Assembly: GCA_003602535.1 (NCBI GenBank)
Contig: QQSA01000078.1
Coordinates: 4,405 to 68,404, forward strand
Direction: 5' to 3'
DNA length: 64,000 nt
DNA from: Candidatus Poseidoniales archaeon
Lineage (GTDB): Archaea; Thermoplasmatota; Poseidoniia; Poseidoniales; Poseidoniaceae
Shown: positions 9,533-18,100 of the stretch, piece after piece
Position numbering within the stretch: position 1 is the first letter of the stretch
How the letters are laid out: each line of letters starts with the position of its first letter
The notes under the pieces: generated by a model
Told to the model about the DNA's origin: nothing
The model's database searches: none
Seen by the model: the letters and a program-made list of their open reading frames with translations, nothing else
Translations under genes and position numbers: made by a program

Positions 9533-10970
9533 GTACACCCATTACCAACAGCAACAGCAACGACGACAACGTGGAGGCTTTGCGAGTAACATGTTCAACC
9601 CAAAGTGGATGTAACTTGTACAGACCTGTTTTCTTGCCAATATTACGAATCCCAGACATCGTTCCATGAACTATGTCCTTGAACAGATGACCGCCATCAA
9701 ATGGGATCATAGGGAAGAGATTTGTTAAACCAAGAAGAATGTTTACCCAAATCAGCCAAAATAGGATATTTATCAGAATTATCAAACCATCTAATCCAAG
9801 TAAAGAGGCCAACCAACCATCACCGGAATCTAGCATCTCTTCTTGGGCTGGATGTATCGCAACACCCTGATATTCAAATGGAGTAAACAATATTTGGACT
9901 GTGTTTATCGGCAAACTAATCAAATAACCAAGAGTGCTTGACTCAAAATCAGGATGTGCCCAGCCTGCAAGACGATCAACTCCTGCAGTCCCGCCCGAGG
10001 GGTTATTTACACCAAGGAAAGCATCGCCTTTCTCGACACCTAATGAATCCAGAGTTTCTTCATCATACCCCATGTCGAGATAATATTCATACTTATCAGT
10101 CAAGTTAACCTGCAATATTTCGGTGCTACCATTTTCATGACGAATTACTTCCATAGGCACTGTTTGGCCTGCAGAAAGATCATCCATAACATTAGCAAAA
10201 TCATCAGCATTTTCAATCTCATTTCCATCGATTGAAATGATAACATCCCATGCTTCAAGACCTGCTTCATCTGCTCCCGAATCGACTACGATTTGATTGG
10301 AGTGAACTCCAGGATCAGCTGCTGCAAACTGGGCTGCAACTTGCCCCAAAACAATCATCAGAATAAATGCTGCAAAGATATTCGTTGCAGGTCCTGCTGC
10401 AAACATTCTTTGTCTCTCCCTTCTAGGTGATTTACTAATTTCAGAATATTCTGGTTCCGCAAACGCTCCCAAAGGGAGGGGTCCCATCATCAATAATCCA
10501 AAATTGCGAACATTCATTCCATGGGCTCGCGCTTGAATTCCGTGGCCAAATTCATGTATTACTAAACAAACAACGAATGCGAGTACGCCATAGCCAAGTG
10601 GAATAATTGGACTAAGTCCTGGAATCGCAACTAATTCAGAAACAGGCCGAGGATCTGCTGGTCCGAAAAATATTGCAGCAACTATTGCTAATACAATACC
10701 AATCGCTACAATGAACATCGCACCCCAACAAACCCAGAGTGAAATTTCTCCATAGATTCTCCAAAATTTGCGCGGTTTGGAAATTTTTTCTAGTGTTTTT
10801 TGTCCTTTGTCAGTCCTCAACATTAAGACCATACCAAAGAAAATTCTAGAAGCATTCCATTCATCCAGTTTCCCAGTATTCTCCCAATATCTCAACAGGA
10901 AATACCATGCTATTACAAGGAGGAAAAACTCTGTCCAGCCAAAACTGACTGAAAGAAACCCACTTCCCAT
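9510..10970 (-). CDS. Site-2 protease (M50 family, RseP-like) with an internal PDZ domain
   Basis: HEFGHGIQARAHG carries the HExxH zinc motif. A PDZ-like segment lies between the TM blocks. The LDG motif is present as NLFPMIPFDGGH, and the protein has multiple TM segments. Confidence 0.85.
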   Translation of the reverse strand: MGSGFLSVSFGWTEFFLLVIAWYFLLRYWENTGKLDEWNASRIFFGMVLMLRTDKGQKTLEKISKPRKFWRIYGEISLWVCWGAMFIVAIGIVLAIVAAIFFGPADPRPVSELVAIPGLSPIIPLGYGVLAFVVCLVIHEFGHGIQARAHGMNVRNFGLLMMGPLPLGAFAEPEYSEISKSPRRERQRMFAAGPATNIFAAFILMIVLGQVAAQFAAADPGVHSNQIVVDSGADEAGLEAWDVIISIDGNEIENADDFANVMDDLSAGQTVPMEVIRHENGSTEILQVNLTDKYEYYLDMGYDEETLDSLGVEKGDAFLGVNNPSGGTAGVDRLAGWAHPDFESSTLGYLISLPINTVQILFTPFEYQGVAIHPAQEEMLDSGDGWLASLLGLDGLIILINILFWLIWVNILLGLTNLFPMIPFDGGHLFKDIVHGTMSGIRNIGKKTGLYKLHPLWVEHVTRKASTLSSLLLLLVMGVLIIGPYL

Positions 10971-11568
10971 GTTTCCGCCAACAACTGATTACACTTCAAT
11001 CCCCTGTCGAGTAGTTCTTGAGGGAAACCCACTTGGCCCTAACATGGACGATACCACTCGTGAAGTAAGAAGATGGGTGGAACATGAATTTGGAGAAGTA
11101 CCTGAAGACATCTCAGTATGGGCAGAGGAAGACGAAATTGTACAGGTGTTAATCCGTCTTTCAGATAAAGTGGTCATCTCAGACCTTACATGGCAAGATG
11201 AAGAGATATTAGAAGAAGCATCTCTAGTAATTCGTCTATCAAATTGGAAACCAAATTCAATTCAAACTCGAAGAATGCCTGACGGGCTAGTAAGATTCAA
11301 ACATCGTTCGAATGAGATAATGCTGGCCGCTAAAGTCAGAGCACCTGAATGGGCTGCTGCACTATTAGAAGAATGGTTAATGTCTATGAAAGGTAGAGAA
11401 ATTGTGCCTAAAGGAAGAGCCCACCAGATATCTGATTTGAAACGACGCAGGGACAAACTTAGCAAAACATTGGAACAGGCAGATCTAGCATCTATTAGAG
11501 GCGAATTGAAAATTATCGAAAACCGATTAAACAGTGCTGATGACAGGCTTTCTGGAAAAAAGGCATGA
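10969..11568 (+). CDS. Hypothetical protein with a C-terminal coiled coil. Start uncertain (10969 or 11044; the ORF-track start 10768 overlaps the S2P gene by 200 nt).
   Basis: The ORF is listed in the track. No recognisable motifs. The C-terminal segment KRRRDKLSKTLEQADLASIRGELKIIENRLNSADDRL is heptad-like. Confidence 0.4.
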   Translation: MFPPTTDYTSIPCRVVLEGNPLGPNMDDTTREVRRWVEHEFGEVPEDISVWAEEDEIVQVLIRLSDKVVISDLTWQDEEILEEASLVIRLSNWKPNSIQTRRMPDGLVRFKHRSNEIMLAAKVRAPEWAAALLEEWLMSMKGREIVPKGRAHQISDLKRRRDKLSKTLEQADLASIRGELKIIENRLNSADDRLSGKKA

Positions 11569-12531
11569 CTACTCTTCTTCACTAGAATGGATAAGAGCAA
11601 TGGCATCTTCTTGCTCTGCCTTTATCATTTCAGGAGAATTGCGTAAGATTTTATTGATCAGCGGCTCGATTAGCATCGGTGTAGCCAATACTGCTCCAAT
11701 TAGAAGAATTAGATATAATATCGAAGCTCCTGGAACTTGACTTATCCCAGGGGAGTCTCCTCCGCTGACCATCAACTTCACGATTCCAACCCAAGGAATT
11801 TCTGCTCCAGATATCCCAATTACCCATTCCTCTTGGACCGGGCGACAAACTCCCTTGTCTATTGAAAGACATGAGGCAAACATCGAAACATCGTGATCAT
11901 CATCACAATTATTGTTATCTCCCAATGTGATGTATCCGGGATTAGGGGGTTTGTAATCCTCAACACTGTACCATTTTGAACTGGCATGACCAGGAACTCC
12001 ATTGCAAGAATATTCACCAGTATTATTCCCATCGAATAGTAGATTTATTTTTCCAACATTCACTTGATCAGAACCCGGTACTGTCCAAGTAATGATACAT
12101 TGCCCATCCCAAAGTGTTGCGTTTTCTTGACAATTGCCTTGATCGTCAAGAGGGGTCGTTTCTCCGATTTCAACTTTGAATAGTGCTCTGTGAATGATAG
12201 GAGTGCTTTCGCTTTCTCCATTTCTTTCGTAAATAATCACATCACCCTCCATGCCGAGTGATTCGTAGCCATAATCTGAGGATTCTGGATTTGAAGCTTC
12301 TACAAAGGTGATTATTCGGTCGTTATCTGGTGCATGAACCAGAACTAAATCCCCTGCATCAATGGTGCCGAGTTCACCATTTTCATCATGCTGCATAGAA
12401 TTAGATTCGACGACTACGAGTGGAGGCATAGAACCAGTATGAGCCCACATTGCCAATACGAGAATAGTAATCATTCCGGCTGCCAAGATAATCTCGCGAA
12501 CGAGAGTACGCATCGGATCTGATTCGCCCAT
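11569..12531 (-). CDS. Signal peptidase I, archaeal Sec11/S26B-type, with a long C-terminal extension and a second TM
   Basis: N-terminal TM, then VVVESNSMQHDENGELGTIDAGDLVLVH, which is the Ser-containing SxSMxP/H box followed by the GDL(I/V) box of archaeal/eukaryal-type SPases. Confidence 0.65.
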   Translation of the reverse strand: MGESDPMRTLVREIILAAGMITILVLAMWAHTGSMPPLVVVESNSMQHDENGELGTIDAGDLVLVHAPDNDRIITFVEASNPESSDYGYESLGMEGDVIIYERNGESESTPIIHRALFKVEIGETTPLDDQGNCQENATLWDGQCIITWTVPGSDQVNVGKINLLFDGNNTGEYSCNGVPGHASSKWYSVEDYKPPNPGYITLGDNNNCDDDHDVSMFASCLSIDKGVCRPVQEEWVIGISGAEIPWVGIVKLMVSGGDSPGISQVPGASILYLILLIGAVLATPMLIEPLINKILRNSPEMIKAEQEDAIALIHSSEEE

Positions 12532-12547
12532 TAATACAACCCAAACA

Positions 12548-12919
12548 TCAACGCTTCTTCAATCCCTTCTCTTGAAGGAAGGAGTTCCATGCTTCTTGAT
12601 GGCCTCCTCCAAGAGTGGTTGCTGCTTCATCTCCGTCTGCCTTGTGTTTGCGTAATTCAGACATCGATTTCAGTTGCATCAAAGATTGAAGCAAAGTCGC
12701 CTTTGAATTCAAATTCAGGAAAGCCGGTGCCGATACAGCCAATCCTAATGCACCTATAACTATCAAAACGATGGATGCGCCAGTATACTCTTGATACTCA
12801 GCATTATCTTGTAAAAACAACAATTGAACTGCTGACATAGTGGTCAGTAACGCGAAAGCAAAGGTTGCAGTCCCGGAAATTCTCAATTGTCTGCCGTGTT
12901 GATTATCCCACCAGCCCAT
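12548..12919 (-). CDS. Small hypothetical membrane protein (2 TM)
   Basis: ORF listed in the track with two hydrophobic helices and no recognisable motif. Confidence 0.4.
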   Translation of the reverse strand: MGWWDNQHGRQLRISGTATFAFALLTTMSAVQLLFLQDNAEYQEYTGASIVLIVIGALGLAVSAPAFLNLNSKATLLQSLMQLKSMSELRKHKADGDEAATTLGGGHQEAWNSFLQEKGLKKR

Positions 12920-13008
12920 ACGCCTCGCCTAGTTCGCAAGTGGAGCCCTTATTATTCGTTTTTTGTATTTCAAAAATGACTTGTTTGGGTATTATTGAAA
13001 TGTAATGA

Positions 13009-13036
13009 GCCCGCGTGGGCCGAAGGCCCACAACGG
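13009..13036 (+). promoter_or_regulatory. GC-rich hairpin (GTGGGCC-GAA-GGCCCAC) in an otherwise AT-rich divergent intergenic region, 24 nt upstream of the giant-protein start codon
   Basis: Perfect 7-bp inverted repeat at 13014-13030. AT-rich TATA-like sequences lie upstream at 12950-13005. Confidence 0.35.
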
Positions 13037-13053
13037 GTTAAGGTGACATTCTG

Positions 13054-16000
13054 ATGCGTAAGTCTCTATTCCTAACCGCTCTTTTCGTATTGTCAGTGCT
13101 CTCTCCGATAGCCTCTGCCGATGTCACTGAAACACAATTCCAGGATGGTTCAACGTCCTATACTCATACTTTTTCGGGAACAGGGGATGGCTTTGCCGGA
13201 AACCTAACTTTCCCATATGGTGCCGAAGTGACTTCAGCCTCATTTGATATTGCAGGTAAGCCATCTTCTACTACCTGGGGTAATCTTACCACTACTGCTG
13301 ATTTTGGAGGGAAAGGCAGCTCTACTTGGATCGGAACCCCACCTGGCTTTGCATATGGAAGTCGTTCTAACTTGTATGTCGACAATGGGGATGTAGAGTT
13401 GGTTGGAAACCCGACCAACAATATCAATGGTTTAGATCGATCTGCAGAAGGAACATCCACTGAGACTATCAACAACTCTGGTGGCTTTGCTTCCAATGGA
13501 GATCAAGGATTTATCGGATCGACCAGCAAACAAACACCTTTCTCAATTTCAAGTTCTTCTTCGAACAACTACAGAGGGTTCGTAATTATGCATGAAGATG
13601 AGTACCACTCTGCAACTTATTCAGGCAGTAGCATTTACACTACTCCTGTTGTAAAACGATATAATTCCACCACTGGTACTTTCCTTGGATCTTCAACGAT
13701 CAGTTCTGGATCTTGTTCATACTCAACCCCACTTTATTCAACTTATGATGCTACAAGTGATGGGGAAGGAAATGTTTGGACTGTGTCATACAGTTACCGC
13801 ATTTTGGTGAAATGGAGTGTTTCAAGTACCGGGACATGGACATGTCAGAACACATATTCATACACAGGTAGCTATTACCCAATGGGAGTAGATATCGATG
13901 AAGATTCTGATCGTATGTTCCTTCTGATGTATGAAGCTGTACATCCAAATTACAACCGGTATTTGTATGAAATCAACCCAACGAGTCCTACATCTGTCAA
14001 TGGTAGTTGGCTTCTTGGTTCCAAAGAACAATTAGGAGATTCAAATACACAAGCAAGTGGTTTGATTGTTGATTTACCAAAAATTGTTACGAATGAATAT
14101 TACAGTCAAAGAGGATATCATAACCATTTCACAATGGATGGTTTCTTCGTAGAAAAAATGGGTAAAATTTTGATAAATGGTGGTGGGCATTATGGAATGG
14201 ACCAACTTGGAGATAACACATTTGGAATGCAATGCCATTACTATTCGTATTGTTCATCTAGTCTGAACAAAATCCAGAGACAAGGAACAGGTTCAATCTA
14301 TGATCATAGAACTCCTACTTCAACTACATCTGTTGTGACCAGTACCACATACTCAATCTCTAAGCAGGTAAGTGATATTACAATCTCTGCTTTAGTTGGC
14401 TATATTCCTTCAGGTACCAGTATTGAATTGCAGGTTTCTAATGATGGCGGAGCTACATGGATGAATGGCATATTCGATCAAAAGTTGACTTTTGCTAACC
14501 CAGGATCTAGTATTCTTTGGAAGGCTTACCTCAACGGTACAGCAACGGAAACACCTGTATTAGACTTCGTAGGATTAACGTATTCGACCAGTTATCAAAC
14601 CAGTGGATATTTCCAGCTTCGCTCGAACTATTATTCTGGAAATGCACCTGTTGCACTAACTGCTTGGTGGAACGCTACAACTCCTGCAGGTACTAGTTTG
14701 CAAGTTGAATTCCAGGATACTTCTACCAAATACTTCTCATTCAGTGGAGATTCGAAAACCGTATCGATGACAAGCGGTTACATCTACATCTATGTTAGAT
14801 TCACATCAACTGGCTCGAATACTCCAACATTGGAAGATCTGAATATTGCAATTCATTCTGATGCTCCTGAGCAGGTAGGAATCGATGTCGGCGCTGATGG
14901 AAGTAACGAATGGACTAGCCAAGGCGTTCTACTAGGAACCACTACACGTAGTGGAGTAGCATTCGTCAAATCATTCAATGATTTGATTCCAGATACTGGA
15001 TCAGGCAATGTTGTAATTCCAATCCATATCAATTCACAAACTGCTGGTATCGTAGAGTTGGAAAGATTTAGTGTAACATACAAGGTCAACACAGTAAACC
15101 TTGACATATCAATCCCTGATGGCGAAATTTTGCATGAGCGAAACGAACCTTATGAAGTTGTTACAAGGCATATCGTTGGCGATGGCACAAATAATTACAT
15201 CCAATCTGCAACACTAAGTTTCGTAGCGAGTCCTGCAAATAATGCGCCAACATTAGAATGGCAAGACGGGGATATTTTCCCTTCACCTAATGACCCTGAA
15301 GATTGGGTTGATATCGATCCTTCCTCTTGGTCGTCTCTAAACAATGGTATTTTGGAAATACATTGGCTGTTCAAAGTAACCTCAAATTTCCCTGACCAAG
15401 AAAACGTTCGGTTTAGAACAAATTGTATTGACAATACTGGAACAAATGGATATTCTCCAGCTCCGTTGTCTAGTGATACTGGATTAAGAGTAAACAATTC
15501 ATTCGGCTTGGGGTGGCTCAATATTAGGGATAACGACGGAGAGATAACCTCCGATAATGTCGTAGATGGTAGCTGGGTTGCTGCTGGCGAAACACTTCAT
15601 TTCCAAGGTGCAATGTGGTTCGCTGATTCGACAGATGCTCCAAAGGATAGTGCATTCGATGTTCGAATTGCCCAAAATGGATTTGTTCACGCTAATTGGA
15701 GAGATACCTCCAACGTCAACGGATCATTCTTCATATCTATTCAAATGCCAGAAATAGATGTTGAAGATGGATTAACCTATGAAATTCAAACATATAATGA
15801 AAGAGATGCTACAATGGTTATGAATTCTAATTCAGATTGGTTTAGGACTTACAAGGTAGATGCTACAGCTCCTGAAAACCTTGGGACTTACCCGCTAAAC
15901 GAAGCGTATGAAGCTGCTGATACTTCTCAAAAAGTTTCGATTAATGTGGCTGATTCTGTAGGCGACCCTAATGAGTTAACATTGTATTACTGGGTAGAAG

Positions 16001-18051
16001 CCGATCATGATATGAATCGAAATGGAGAAGCAGACCCTAGCGAATACGCTACGAAATTAGTCGTAAACGAAACTTCTGCTGATGTCAAAACATTCACTAC
16101 AACAATAGATCACTCAAGAAATCCAAACATGGGACGTGTGTCATATTACTGGGATGGAAGCGATAGAGCAGGAAACCCTCTACACTATTCTACAATAATC
16201 GATGATGAAGTATTCGATTGGGAAAGTGGACCTGGTTTTGATTCTGATGATGCTACCTTCAGAAGTAGAAAGGATTCAGTTGCAATATTCACTGGATTGG
16301 ATTGGGCTGGACACAACGATGGCGCACCAATTTTCGCAGGTACTGAGCAAACTATCTCGCTAGGTCTTATCGATGCTAATACTGCAATTGATTTCGAATA
16401 TATCGACCTGGTATTCGACTTTGAAGGACCTGATAGTGAAGTAGACCAACAGAGAATTTCATATTATGGAATAACTGACAATTTTGCTAGCCAATCCGAT
16501 TACATCGACCTAGCAACAAGTTCTACCATGGTTCAAACCACAAATGATTCAGGTTTGCCTTGGATAATTTTGGACTTTGACTTCACAATCGGTTGGGAAT
16601 GGCCTGACGAAGATATTTCCGACTTGGCTTTGGAATACAAAGAAAGAGGTTCTGAACATCCTACACGACACATTATCGCTGAACATACATTTACTGTTGA
16701 GAACGATTTGGTTTTAGAGCCATCCTCTTTCTTAGTACAAGATATCAGCGAACCTAGAACAGGTATAGTAGCAGATGGAAGCAGGGTAAGAAATGATGAC
16801 AGGCTAGAATTTACTGGTAAGGTAGTTTACGAAGGAAGCAATGTTCCTGCACCGAAAGATGCTGCAATTGTAATCGAGGTTTTCGACGGTGAAAGTATCT
16901 GGTCTGATGGATCATTAGATAGTGATGGAGGATATTCTGTCGAAGTTCCTCTTTCAAGTGCATTGACACTACAATCCTCGCCCACCAGAACCTGTTTGAT
17001 TTCAATTAATGGAATTCCTGGAGATGGAGAGGATATGACCGGACAAACCGTTTCTACAACCCTTCGTGTAATTGTTGATGATACAGCTCCAAGAGTTGTG
17101 ACTAGAGTTTCACCTCTGAACATCATAGACATTTCATCGAATACAGATCTAACCAATGTACCTGTAGAATTCTTTGGAACTGAAGATGCCGATATGACTG
17201 GATCTGAACAGGTTGTTCACTGGGTCATGAAAGATTCCAGTAGAACATTGACACTGGGCGCTGGACAGTCTGTTCTTGGAATGCAACAAGAAGGTCAGAG
17301 TGTTATTTGGACCGGTACTGTTGACTTAACAGATGGCGGTAAAATCACAATGCGTGAAGGAGACTGGGTAGGATTCTATATCACAGGATATGATTCTGCA
17401 GGCAATGAATTCCCTGTGGTTTCCAATTCTGAAGCAAGTCCAATTGCTGAAACTGCTGCTGATGATACCGACTTTGAACGACAATGGGTAAGATTAGGTG
17501 CAGTTGGGCCGCAATTGAAGATAAGCTCAATTTCGTTATCCGATGATCACGTTGCTCCTGGCCAAGAGATTATCATAACTGCAGACATACAGAATGTGGG
17601 CGGAGAGACTAATTCTCAATTCAAAGTCTCGTTCTATGCAGGTGATTCTATTGTACCATTTGATTCATCGACATTGAATAAGATTGGCGCTGGGGAAACA
17701 ATTCCTGTCAAGGTATCTTGGAATGCAGAAGAAGGAATTGATCGAATTCGTGTTGTTGTCGATCCTGATGATGTGATTGTTGAAGTCAATGATGAAGACA
17801 ACTCTGCTGAACACAAAGTCGAGATTGTTTATGTCTCTTACATGGGATGGTTTGATTCAATTCGCGAACAGCCACTAATTTGGTTATTCTCACTGATATC
17901 CATACTCGTATTAATTGGAATTGGAATTACTGCTAACCGTACTGCAATAAGTCATAATGAGGACTCCCTTTACGATGACGAATGGGAAGAAGAGCATGAT
18001 GATGATGAGTGGGAAGATGACGATGATGACGAATATGACGATGACTACTGA
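13054..18051 (+). CDS. Giant (1665 aa) N-glycosylation-rich surface protein with a signal peptide and CARDB-like domain(s), then a C-terminal TM helix and a poly-acidic D/E/W tail
   Basis: MRKSLFLTALFVLSVLSPIASA is a signal peptide. CARDB-like segment: SDDHVAPGQEIIITADIQNVGGETNSQFKVSFYAGD...IGAGETIPVKVSWNAEEG. C-terminal TM is LIWLFSLISILVLIGIGITA, followed by DDEWEEEHDDDEWEDDDDDEYDDDY. Confidence 0.8.
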   Translation: MRKSLFLTALFVLSVLSPIASADVTETQFQDGSTSYTHTFSGTGDGFAGNLTFPYGAEVTSASFDIAGKPSSTTWGNLTTTADFGGKGSSTWIGTPPGFAYGSRSNLYVDNGDVELVGNPTNNINGLDRSAEGTSTETINNSGGFASNGDQGFIGSTSKQTPFSISSSSSNNYRGFVIMHEDEYHSATYSGSSIYTTPVVKRYNSTTGTFLGSSTISSGSCSYSTPLYSTYDATSDGEGNVWTVSYSYRILVKWSVSSTGTWTCQNTYSYTGSYYPMGVDIDEDSDRMFLLMYEAVHPNYNRYLYEINPTSPTSVNGSWLLGSKEQLGDSNTQASGLIVDLPKIVTNEYYSQRGYHNHFTMDGFFVEKMGKILINGGGHYGMDQLGDNTFGMQCHYYSYCSSSLNKIQRQGTGSIYDHRTPTSTTSVVTSTTYSISKQVSDITISALVGYIPSGTSIELQVSNDGGATWMNGIFDQKLTFANPGSSILWKAYLNGTATETPVLDFVGLTYSTSYQTSGYFQLRSNYYSGNAPVALTAWWNATTPAGTSLQVEFQDTSTKYFSFSGDSKTVSMTSGYIYIYVRFTSTGSNTPTLEDLNIAIHSDAPEQVGIDVGADGSNEWTSQGVLLGTTTRSGVAFVKSFNDLIPDTGSGNVVIPIHINSQTAGIVELERFSVTYKVNTVNLDISIPDGEILHERNEPYEVVTRHIVGDGTNNYIQSATLSFVASPANNAPTLEWQDGDIFPSPNDPEDWVDIDPSSWSSLNNGILEIHWLFKVTSNFPDQENVRFRTNCIDNTGTNGYSPAPLSSDTGLRVNNSFGLGWLNIRDNDGEITSDNVVDGSWVAAGETLHFQGAMWFADSTDAPKDSAFDVRIAQNGFVHANWRDTSNVNGSFFISIQMPEIDVEDGLTYEIQTYNERDATMVMNSNSDWFRTYKVDATAPENLGTYPLNEAYEAADTSQKVSINVADSVGDPNELTLYYWVEADHDMNRNGEADPSEYATKLVVNETSADVKTFTTTIDHSRNPNMGRVSYYWDGSDRAGNPLHYSTIIDDEVFDWESGPGFDSDDATFRSRKDSVAIFTGLDWAGHNDGAPIFAGTEQTISLGLIDANTAIDFEYIDLVFDFEGPDSEVDQQRISYYGITDNFASQSDYIDLATSSTMVQTTNDSGLPWIILDFDFTIGWEWPDEDISDLALEYKERGSEHPTRHIIAEHTFTVENDLVLEPSSFLVQDISEPRTGIVADGSRVRNDDRLEFTGKVVYEGSNVPAPKDAAIVIEVFDGESIWSDGSLDSDGGYSVEVPLSSALTLQSSPTRTCLISINGIPGDGEDMTGQTVSTTLRVIVDDTAPRVVTRVSPLNIIDISSNTDLTNVPVEFFGTEDADMTGSEQVVHWVMKDSSRTLTLGAGQSVLGMQQEGQSVIWTGTVDLTDGGKITMREGDWVGFYITGYDSAGNEFPVVSNSEASPIAETAADDTDFERQWVRLGAVGPQLKISSISLSDDHVAPGQEIIITADIQNVGGETNSQFKVSFYAGDSIVPFDSSTLNKIGAGETIPVKVSWNAEEGIDRIRVVVDPDDVIVEVNDEDNSAEHKVEIVYVSYMGWFDSIREQPLIWLFSLISILVLIGIGITANRTAISHNEDSLYDDEWEEEHDDDEWEDDDDDEYDDDY

Positions 18052-18100
18052 CAGTCTTGGAATCGTTGCCCTCTTGAACCAGTGACATCGCCCAAACGAT

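Noticed and set aside
10768-10968. 5' part of ORF 10768..11568
   Set aside because: It would overlap the well-supported S2P gene by 200 nt. In-frame Mets at 10969 or 11044 are more plausible starts.
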